In this document: positions 54,101-64,000 of the stretch, piece after piece
How positions within the stretch are numbered: the stretch's first letter is position 1
Layout: every line of letters starts with the position of its first letter
Notes under the pieces: model-generated
Seen by the model: only the letters and a program-made list of their open reading frames with translations
What the model was told of the DNA's origin: nothing
The model's database searches: none
Origin: Thalia democratica
Lineage: Eukaryota
Direction: 5' to 3'
Assembly: GCA_965202585.1 (NCBI GenBank)
Contig: OZ241831.1
Coordinates: 17,112,001 to 17,176,000, forward strand
DNA length: 64,000 nucleotides
Position numbers and translations under genes: made by a program

Positions 54101-57100
54101 ATGCTACAGTATTTAAATACACAATTGTAACATTATTGTAATTACTTTTTGCAAAAAAAAAACACTTTAAAAACATTAAAAGGTTTTAGTGACAGCTTAA
54201 AATTCTCAGAACGTATATGTTGATTGAAACTTAATAAATTACTTTTAGTTTTGGTTTACACATACTTTCCAGTTCCTATCGTTTAAAAATAATAACAAAC
54301 CTCCAGATACAACGTAGTCGTTCATGAAGGCCACCGATCTGACATCGTGAGTGTGCTTCTTGTGTAACATTCGCGTTCTGGTCCATTCTTTGTCATCATT
54401 GCTCTTCTTAAACTGCTGAATACACGGATCCATGCCGGAAGCAAATATTCTCGTGTGGTCCTTACTGCAAGTCAACGTCAAAACAGATCCTTTGGTGTTT
54501 TTTGTTATCGGTGAAAAGCACTGTGACAGTTACATATGGTTGCTTAATTTTTTGTTTTGGTAATACTCAAAATAGCAGTTTTTTAATAATATGACTCATT
54601 ACAATAAAATTATATTATGATCTTACATTTCAAATTATTTGTTTTTCTTATTTTCTTAGTGCTTTAATAACTTATGTTTAGTTTTATTACAAGTAAAAAT
54701 TTACTTAAAATTATGTTTAGATCTATTTTAACTAACTTTTATCAAAGTAGTGTATTTGCCATCGAAAAACTGAACTTGACCATATGAATCTCCACACACT
54801 ATGGTAAAATCACTAGAAAATAGTTTTTAAATGTATTTGAGAAAAAAGTAAGCAATAACCACGTTAAAACTTTTAGATTTTAATAAGTAATTAATTATTT
54901 CAAAAACATTAATCTAAGATTACCTTTTTTTAAATATTTATGTTCGACATGCATACATTAAGAAACTCATTATAAACTTTGGTTACTAATTTATAGACAT
55001 TTTAAATTAAAGAACTGACAGTTAAAGTATTAAAAAAGAACATACAATACTACTTCAAGATTAATCTTAACTCATTAACATTTAAATAAAATACTTTTCT
55101 AAGAGCTGTTTACTTAAGGTACTTACCGTAATATGCAGAGAGCAAATACGCGAGCAGGATCTTTTCTGTGCAGTCTTGACAAGCTTATTGTCATGGTTAC
55201 ATCTAAATTTATTAAATTCGTATTTATTTGAGTACTAAAACTTGTCTTTCTAAATTTAAAATAAGCAGTATAGTAAAATTATTTTGAAACTATTTTGATG
55301 AGAAACTCTATCACTGTTATTTATAGTTAAGTACATATTTTTATAACCATTTCAAAAAACTACTCACTTAACTTAAAATATTATTTTTAACAACTAAATA
55401 TTTCTACTGGAACAAACTTGAGTCTTTGATGCTCCAAATTCTAATTTTTCCAGTAGCTTCTCCAGTTACAAGTACATTTCCATTGCAATGCCACGCTAAA
55501 GACATAACATCACCTAAAAAATTTTTATTAGTAAAATTATAAATTGTTAAACTTAATATTTTGAAATTTATAGAAGTATTTTACTTTTATTAATTTTAAA
55601 GAACGTTTTACTAAACAGTGAATAAAAGAGTCAAATTAAATTTCATAATATGAAAACGGTTAACTTTTTGTTTTAAATAGATTTTTTTTTTAATTTGCTC
55701 TTTTATTATGTTTTCATCAAAAAAATCAAAGTAATATATAAGTAAATAACTTAAATACTTATATAGTAAAGTTTAACTTAAATTAAATTTTTAAGTCTTT
55801 TTAGATGTTTTAAAATACTTTACTTACAAAAATATGAAGACATAATACAGAACTGTTACCTCATATAAATTTTCATAAACACATAACTAGCTTCTCTATA
55901 TCAAATTAAACATAAATTTAGATTGTTATGATTTAAAAACTATGCATAACCAATGATATCTATTACATTTCATTTTGTTTTTTATTCTTTTTAGCAAAAT
56001 AAAAATTGTACTACATACGACAAAAAAACATAAAATATAAATGTAATGTAATATGTGAAGAAATTTTAAAACATTAAGACAACTATTAAAACAATCAATT
56101 TAGCACAAAAATGTATAGACTTTGTCTAGTCAGAGATACAATTAAGACAAAATTTACTGGTGTTATCAATCTATATTCAACTCAGTTGATTAAGTTCATT
56201 AGAAAATATACAGCATAAATAAAACCTAACCTGGTTCATCACCTGCTACTTTGAGTTCTTTTTCAATTCTCAAACGACCTTCTACTGATAATAATCTAAC
56301 TTGACCTTTGACACTACCAACCTAATTTTTTAAGTAGAACTTAATAAATTATTTAATAATTTTTTTTGACAAGTACTATACGTTTTGTTTTGTATTTTCC
56401 TAAAGCAAAACTTAATAAAGTATGTAAGGAATTTATGTAAAATAAGTAAACTTTCTATTTTCAAACCTAATAGTAAATTAAAAACATTACATTTATAAAA
56501 TCAAGGTAACAATAAATCTTTCAAATTTTAAAACCTCTATTTCTATTATTTGTTAAATATATTTTAAAATTTGACAAAATATATTCAAAATTAATAAAAC
56601 CTAGTCTATTTTTCTTTTAAATCAACAAAAAATATTTGTTATTACAACTTTTTTTTTGGTTTTTGAAAATGTTTAGAACAAATCTTATTATGCTTTACAA
56701 TTCTAACTTGAGGTGCATTTTATCATAAAATATGAACAGTTTTTTAAATGGTAAAGACATATGTTGTAAGTCCCGTAAGTCAAAAGTTATTCTTTTATTT
56801 AATTTGTAACTAAACTACTAGTTGTTTTTACTGTTATCTAAATTTGATGCCAGTTGTTTGGGCATCAATTTTTTTTTTTTCTAAACTAAAATTTGCACCA
56901 AGTAAAAAGAAACATATGTATTGATAATTCAACTAACTGCAAGGAGGTTTGCTTGTTTACTGTAAGACATGCAAAATATTCCAAAACCTGTATCCACTGT
57001 GTACTGAAAAAACAATTTGAAATAAAATTTTAATTATATATTTATCACACGAAATAGTAAAAATATTTATTTTTTTAGGTATATCAATGTGTCTCTTTTA

Positions 57101-59381
57101 CACTCAAGTCCATAATTTTTAATAATATCAAATTTCAAATTATTATCTGAGCAACTTGTAGATCATTTTTACAACAAAATAATAAATTATTGCATTTGAA
57201 TCGACCTGCTAAGGGTTTACAATAGGTAAGAACTTAGGTTTTTGAAATTAAAAGCCTATGCAAATTTTGAAACAGTTTTTAAAAATTAAACAATAGTAAA
57301 AACATATTTTATTATTCTATTATTTTTAATTAAACATTAACTTTAAGACATTTATTGTTATGGAGACAGTAACAAAATTAGTAAAAAGGTATACTTACTT
57401 TAGGCTTGCCATTAAGAAGGTTATACTCAATGACTTCACCATTTAGTGTTCCACAAAATAGTCTATCATCTACCCAAGCCAATGTTTCGGCTAATGTATT
57501 CTTTCCAGTAGGAATTTCCTACAAAAATTTTATTAACTTTCATTGAAAAAATATTATCTTAGTATTTAATAACAGTACTACGAGTTTCGAAAAACAAAAT
57601 TTATAAGTACAAAGAAAAAAGACTATTTTGTTAAAAACTTTTTGGTTCAAATTATAAAAAAATTAAGGCTTTAGGGAAGTAAATCATTTTTTTAATGCTT
57701 GTTATTTTATACATCAAAAGCTAAGCTACCAGTTGTTTTTTAAAGTATAGTGCAACTTTTGAGATAAATGTACAAGAATAGGGAGTTTATTAGGTTATTA
57801 ACAGAAGGAGCAAACAAAAATACCAAAAAAAAGTTTACACTAAAAATTTATCTCCTCATTCAGTTTTTTTTTTTTAATTTTCTTATCTTTATTAAGTTAG
57901 AATCTGTAGCAGACAGATTTTTTAATTTCTATCTATATGTTTTATTAACTCTATGTTTTTATTGCTTTTAATCATTTATTTTCTTCAATTTCATTCCAAC
58001 AAGTTGTAAGTAATATTGCAAACAACATTTCAATAAAATTTTAATTTAATTAATTGCTTTGAAAACTTTCAAATTATATATAGATTATAACTATCCAATA
58101 AAACAATTCATATAAGTTTTTCTATTCAATATATTTGTATAGAAACTATTTACAAAACTAGTTTTATCTCAAAATTTAATGGAAATTTTTTGCTCTATAC
58201 TATAAGAAATAAAATGTATCTTATAGTATATAATTTAAACTTTAACATAAGCCTCAAAAATAATTTTAGTAAAAAAAAAGCTTTCCTACATGGCCTCAAA
58301 AAGTATATATGTTATCATTTTAAATATTAGCTAAAATTGTAAAGAAAGTCTTAAATTTACATAATAAAATTGTATTTGTATAGTAACTACAAATAGATAG
58401 GTCACTATTGATCTATAATAACTTACTGGAAGTTTGTTTTATTATTACTACTATATGAATTTTTAACAGTGAATAGAGTACATCCAAATATTAATTAGCA
58501 GAAAAAAAACTAAATAAAAGTCTTTTTTTATCTAGTTAACTCAATAACATCATTTAATAAACCACATGATACTGAAGTTACACATTTACAAAGCTTTTTT
58601 TTTTATGACTTGGCTCATATTTAAAGAACTTATTTGACTCTTTATATTTATGTATATAAATATAGTAATTTTCTAACAACATAGCTGATTTTTATTATAG
58701 AATTTAAACTTAAAAAAACTATAAATTATGTAAAAAAATCACCATAAAATAAACTAGAACAACTTTAAACATTTTTTTGACTTAAAAATTGCACTCTTCA
58801 TTTTAAAACTGTTAAAATATATAAAAAATATTAAACAAAATGTTTTAAGCTAAATCTTAGCAAAGACAAACTTTTACAATACAAAGTGGTTAAAATATAT
58901 TATACCCTTAACTATATGAACAAAATAACATTCAACATAGAGTTCTAACATCATATTGTATAAATAGTTTTTATAAGTTATTATATTTTAAGGACAACAC
59001 TTAAAACTTTGAAACACTTTGTTGTATAGTACTTTATGAACTGCATTTTTTATTTAAACTACTTTTTATAAAATGTGAAAATCTTTTAAAAGTACTTTAA
59101 TGCAATTTAATGAAAACCTTTAGTATTTTTGTTATAAGTTTTTCTTTAACAAATAACTTGAAGAGATTATGCTATAAAAAAAAATCACAAACCTGATATG
59201 GAAAAACTACATCTCCAGTTCTTTTCCATATTTGAACAGAAGATTTTGGAGTTTTAAACTTGGATGAATTTTTTATACAAGCAATAACTAATTTATTTTC
59301 TTCTGCCCTCAATTCTATTGACTGTATAGATCCAGGATTAAACTTAAATCTTCTACATCTGTGAACTATAGTTTTAGTCAT
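48124..59381 (-). CDS. UTP4: U3 snoRNA-associated protein 4 (cirhin), WD40 SSU-processome subunit, 18 exons, about 703 aa
   Basis: Exons (minus) 59381-59193, 57518-57399, 57003-56938, 56321-56231, 55513-55418, 55202-55127, 54812-54737, 54520-54301, 54077-54007, 53910-53799, 53620-53553, 53458-53330, 52295-52142, 51978-51851, 51260-51153, 50648-50415, 49718-49656 (least certain), 48234-48124. All GT-AG with consistent phases, 2112 nt. Motifs: VHRCRRF, TLAWVDDRLFCGTLNGEVIEY, GDSYGQVQFFDG, HTHDVRSVA..VVSGG, and terminal PLLHV..AIEKPLNDI..PIYKKKF. Confidence 0.95.
50693..51058. mobile_element. CAGGGTTGCC-family MITE in a UTP4 intron
   Basis: TIRs caggcttgccactt / aagtggcaaccctg; 6-bp TSD AAATTA on both sides; tttccagg repeats. 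Confidence 0.85.
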
Positions 59382-59489
59382 AATACTTTAATTTACCTGT
59401 AAAAAAGGTTTTAGAAGCTAAATATCATAATTAAATAAAATACTTCAAAATTAGTCTGATCATACTAGCAAACAGTAATTTGTGGTATT

Positions 59490-60243
59490 CAGGGTTGCCA
59501 CTCTTTGAGCCAAAAAATCTTCCCTGAGTGACCAAAAATTTCCCTGAGTAACCTTAAATTTCCCTGAGTTTTCCTGAGTATTTTTCAAATCTTAAAAAAA
59601 AATTTTCCTCTTCTAACACAAATTATTAATACCTCATTCTCATTTTTCTTCTTTAATAATAAAAGGAAGGTTGTACAACACTAATCTGTATTCATTTTAT
59701 TTTTTTTTACTGAAAACAAGTAGTTGTAAACAGATAACAAATAACTTTATTATTTAAAAATAAGAACTAATAGTACAACAGTGTTTTTTAAACTACATAA
59801 GTAACTAAAAATAAAAAGTTTATTAGAACTTTTCAATGAATAGTTAACAACAACTTTCATTTCTCTAAACTGTTTGATTTTACTTAAGTAAATATAAATT
59901 TAAAACTTAAAAAAAACTACAATGTTAATACTAAGAATATTGAAGAACTAGCCGCAAGGCTAAAAAAATTCTAAATAACCACTTAAATAATAAAAATTAC
60001 TACTTTTGAACAAAATATTGAAACTGGATTAACTAAACCTCATTTTAGATCTAGAAAAAAATTTCCCTGAGATTTTCAAAAACTTCCCTGAAATTTAGAG
60101 AAAAAATCAAAACTTCCCTGAGTTTCCCTGAGTTAAAAGAAAAATGCCAAAATTCCCTGAGTTTCCCTGAGATTCCCTGAGATTTTCTACAGTTTGAAAA
60201 TTGCCTGAGATTCCCTGAGTTCCCTGAGTGTGTGGCAACCCTA
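59490..60243. mobile_element. CAGGGTTGCC-family element about 90 bp upstream of the acceptor preceding the UTP4 ATG
   Basis: TIRs cagggttgccac / gtggcaacccta; 6-bp TSD GGTATT on both sides; many ttccctgag subterminal repeats. Confidence 0.88.
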
Positions 60244-61029
60244 GGTATTCTCTTAAAAACAACTGAACATACACTAAAAAGTTAAAACAAATACAAAATA
60301 ACACTACACATAACTTTTAGTAATTTTATATTTTTCATTTAATCAAATTAGCTTTAAAAAATGTGAGTATACAAACTTATAGAAATATTTATAACTTTTT
60401 ACAATAACTTTTAAATACTTGTTAGGATAAGGAAATACAGGGTTTAATATTTATTAATTGACCTTCTTTAGTAAAGTTTTATTTTAGTTATCAAGCATTT
60501 TAAACAATTTCACAGAACTCAACATCTATGATATACAAACTTTTGTGATCAAAGTGGGGATGTTGAATGGGTTTTTAAAGGAATGTAAAAACTACAGACA
60601 AAAAATTATATCTTACTAAAATCTACCTTCTCATTCATTTGTAAATACATTTTTTACAGTAAACTTATTATTAATACTTTAAAATTCTAAGGGTAGGAAG
60701 AATTTTAGTGTAGAACTTTTTTTAGTCACTTTTCTATTAAAAATGTTAACTTTTTAACATTTTTGAGAATTAAAAAAATTTAACTGTTTATAGAGTGTTT
60801 CCTGAAAATAAAAAGCTTCTAGCCAAAAATATACAAGTATATATTTTAGTAAAATTTTAGATTTCAAAGAAAAATGATGATGAAAAAGTGGGGATCCATA
60901 TGTTTGTATTGGAAACTTTCTACAAAATAACTATACCTTTTAAATAATTAAAATTTTTGTAGAAAAAAAAATTTAAAGTTTTTATATATAAAAAAAAGGT
61001 TAACTTTAGTGAAAATGTGCATTAAATAT

Positions 61030-61165
61030 ATTGAGATCTTAATTGGCTAAGATTTTTTTCTGGCTAAGATTCAAAAAAAGTCTGAAAACGTTCTGCTTGA
61101 ATAAAGTTTTCAGAATATTTTTGAATCTTAGCCTGAAAAAAATCTTAGCCAATTAAGATCTCAAT
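61030..61165. repeat. Small foldback/MITE-like inverted repeat (about 48-bp arms)
   Basis: attgagatcttaattggctaagatttttttctggctaagattcaaaaa pairs with tttttgaatcttagcctgaaaaaaatcttagccaattaagatctcaat. Confidence 0.75.
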
Positions 61166-61829
61166 GTAAATAAAAACTGTTTTATATTTGGAGAACAAGT
61201 CAAGATATATTTATTAGTTTTATTTGAAGATATTGTTGCTTATGTTCTAAATTTATGTGAAAAGTAAAATAGTTCTTATAGATACTACTGTACATGCACA
61301 GAATTTAAGGAACACAGCTTCATTGTACTGAACACTTGATTTCTTATAAAACTAACACTTGATTTTAACAGTAATAGTAAAATAATGTCAAGTTCCTCAA
61401 ACCATCCATTTGGTATGTAAACTTAATTTTGTGCAATAATATATGAGTTTTAAACAAAAGCTTCATTAATTTTTTTTCATATTAATATCTTAATTTTATA
61501 ACATAAGCACTTGTTTTTAAAATATATAATATTATAGTTTTATGTTCGTCATTCAAAAACCTCCTTAAAAAGTATTGTATTAAGGAAAATTTATTTCAAT
61601 AGCTTTTAATAAATGAAATGGAACTAATACATTAAAACTGTAGAAGATGAAAACTTCTTTTAATAACATTAGAAACTATTAATCTTACTAAACTTTTCAA
61701 TAAATGTAATTTTTGTAGAATCTGAATTAAAAATTAAGCTAAACTTTTAAACTAATCTGGACCATTTTAATATCACCGCTCAATTGAGTATTAAATAGAT
61801 TACTTTCTGAAAGTCCAGAAATCAAATAA

Positions 61830-63597
61830 TAAATGCTACGTTTAGTTGTTTGTTCGGAAACTATAAACTTATAAATCTAAGTATACAATTCAAAAATCTA
61901 AGTTTATTTCAAAACTAGAGTTTCGCAGTGGTATTACTACCAGTGCTCTTTAATTAAACTTTCGAAATCACTACATGTGGTTTTACTTATATTGAAAGTT
62001 AAAAACTAATTGGGCGTGTTAATTGTTCTTATGTAAAGTTAATTAGTTTACCTTTGGTTAGCTAGGTATAAGTAAAAGAAATTAGTAGATTACGTAAACA
62101 AAATTTCATGGTAAAAAAAGTGTATAAAAACTTTAATGGAAAGATATTATAAAATAACAAAACCAAATTTTTGCTTCAAAAACATAAAATAATAACAACA
62201 GACATTACAAATCGTATAGAGCTTTTTGTTAATCTTTTTCCAGTGAAAAAGTTGGTACTTTGCTGATGTCTACAGGTATTCATGACTTCGTTTCTTCTGT
62301 TGATACAGTTCCTTTTCTCCTTTAAAATTGTTAGGGTTACTGTTATATAAAAGTTTGCAAGTGTCTTTTCTTTGTCTAATTTTTCAAATTTGTCTGATTA
62401 TTTTCCAAAAGATGTCATATTCTTGGTTTTTTTTAATTTGTGAACCTTTTTAGATAGTTTGATTGAGTTCATATATTTTAGATGGTTCTTCTGATTTGGG
62501 TTAGTCTTAAATGTTGTTTTATGCACTGCGATTCTTTTTTTGACTTCGTTTTCTCTTAGACCTATAAATACTTTATTGTCGTTGTTAGACTATATTTTGG
62601 CTTCATGTATGACATTTTCTTTTCTACATTTATTGTTTTTTAATGAAAATTCGTGTTTTTTTTCTGCAGCTGCACTTTTTTGAACTATTTTTATCTTTAT
62701 TGGCTGAAGGATCTTTGAGTTATGACGTTTTATAATGTTTTCAATGTTAATCATGAAAACATTAAAAATTTCTTTATTTTACTGTTTTCACCAAAATGTT
62801 TGTTTTTTATGTTGATGAAATTTCTGCCTATGTTTGTTTTTGCCTTGTCATATGGGGGACTAAACCACAATATTTTTGTTTTCTATTTTTACCTTTTTTG
62901 GTTGTGATATTATTCTTATCGATGTATTTAGACTTTTTGCTGTATCTACATCTTTGTTGTATTCGTTATTTGTTTGGTTTTCTGTATAAATGGATTGTTC
63001 TATTTCTTGAACTTAGGTTTAGATAAAGGTAATTTATTTAATATGCTTGGTTTTCCAATTCAATTTTAATCCCTTTTTGTTTGCATATTCGTGCATTTTC
63101 TTCTTGATTTTTGTGATATCTGGTCCACTTGTAATTTTTTCAAACGCTATAAGCCCATCATCTCAATAATTACCGACTTTTATTACATTTAGTTTATTTT
63201 TTATACCATTTAGTATGTATAAGCATACTATCTCGTAAATTTCAGCAATGTGCTTTCCTCCCATGGTTACGTCAAATAGTTTATTGGTGTTGTTATTGTT
63301 TGTTTTCATCCAAATTTTCTGTTGATGGTAAAGTACGGATTTTGTTGCACTCATTACTACTTTGATTCTATGATCTTCTATTTTTTCATATAGTTGTCCG
63401 GAGGTTAATGCTTTTCTTAGAAGGCTTTCACTGATGCTGGGATAAAAATTGATGATGTCGAATTTAAGCAGTTTATATGTATATTTTTCTAAGTTTTTGA
63501 ACCAGGTTAGGACCTCGTCAGAGCTTATCTATTGATTAAATTCTTTTTTGCTTCGTAATTGTTTGTTTATATTGTCGATTATTCTCTTACTAATAAT
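61830..63597 (-). mobile_element. 5'-truncated, decayed Penelope-like retroelement (RT plus GIY-YIG endonuclease plus 3' tail)
   Basis: Minus-strand translation gives FDIINFYPSISE, LFDVTMGGKHIAE, VGNY*DDGL (YRDDGL with CGA>TGA) and a GIY-YIG region (VFIGL..VKKRIAVHKTTF..LSKKVHKLK..FWKII..DTCKL..INRRNEVMNTCRH), with several stops and frameshifts. The 3' boundary is approximate. Confidence 0.85.
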
Positions 63598-64000
63598 TCA
63601 CAAACTAAAAAAAAGCCAATAATATAAATAATCAAGCAAATCCAAAAAAACAGACAAGGTAAAGACACCTGCAAACTTTGTATAACAGAGGCCCTAACAA
63701 TTTTAGAGGAGAAAAGGAACGGTATCAACAGAAGAAACGAACTCATGAACACCTGTAGACATCAAGCAAAATACCTACTTAAAAACTGGAATAACAAAAA
63801 TAAAATGCTCTATACAGTTTGTAATGTCTGTTGTACTTATTTTTATGTTTTTGTAGCAAAAACTTGTTTTTGTTATTTTTTTATGTATTTTCGTGTAAAT
63901 TTTTAAAAACTTTTTTTTTTCCAAGAAATTTTGTTTACGTTATCTACTAATTTCTTTTACTTATACCTAATTAACTTTACTTAAAACAATAAACACGTCT
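63597..64000 (+). mobile_element. Inverted partial copy of the 3' end of the same Penelope-like family, running off the window
   Basis: Plus-strand IIKQIQKNRQGKDTCKLCITEALTILEEKRNGINRRNELMNTCRHQAKYLLKNW, then a 3' tail homologous to about 62420-62030 on the minus strand. Confidence 0.8.

Noticed and set aside
38607-60304. Short ORFs 38607-38795, 50914-51120 and 60107-60304
   Set aside because: Fall inside non-autonomous transposons; repeat-derived frames.
63163-63165. In-frame TGA in the Penelope RT (next to the ORF-track end at 63163) as a possible selenocysteine codon
   Set aside because: It replaces the Arg of the conserved YRDD motif (CGA>TGA, a CpG transition) in a copy with other stops and frameshifts; ordinary decay.
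63505-63525. Minus-strand CTGACGAGGTCC as a hammerhead core
   Set aside because: No GGAC-GAAA partner; it lies within RT coding sequence (SDEVL).
1-64000. CRISPR arrays, rRNA, bacterial operons or horizontally acquired genes
   Set aside because: None seen; all recognisable genes are animal-type, and the spaced repeats are transposon subterminal motifs.

Overview
AT-rich animal (invertebrate) genomic DNA with spliceosomal introns; no prokaryotic features. Five protein-coding genes could be reconstructed by hand. Plus strand: a five-exon gene for a divergent RIM-type C2B domain with a long Ser-rich tail (6345-12354) and an intronless, GC-rich EFHB/CFAP21 (22235-24154). Minus strand, in tandem: an 18-exon UTP4/cirhin (59381-48124), an intronless COG8 (37840-35210), and a seven-exon, 221-aa gene (33995-28566) with two micro-exons, ending in an SMN-like YG-box. 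Intergenic and intronic DNA holds non-autonomous DNA transposons: a CAGG(G)-terminal group mostly with 6-bp TSDs, 9-bp-TSD MULE-type elements, a TTAA-flanked foldback element and a hAT end. It also holds a decayed Penelope-like retroelement with an inverted partner, and several minimal type I hammerhead ribozyme motifs, one nearly intact on the sense strand of an intron of the RIM-like gene. The strongest leads are the C2B-first RIM-like protein with a FFAT-like motif, the Tudor-less SMN-like protein, the hammerhead/retrozyme-like repeats, a strong GTT bias at 5' splice sites, and splice acceptors just upstream of the ATG of all three tandem minus-strand genes (possible trans-splicing/operon). 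All homology calls come from motif recognition by eye; no search was run.
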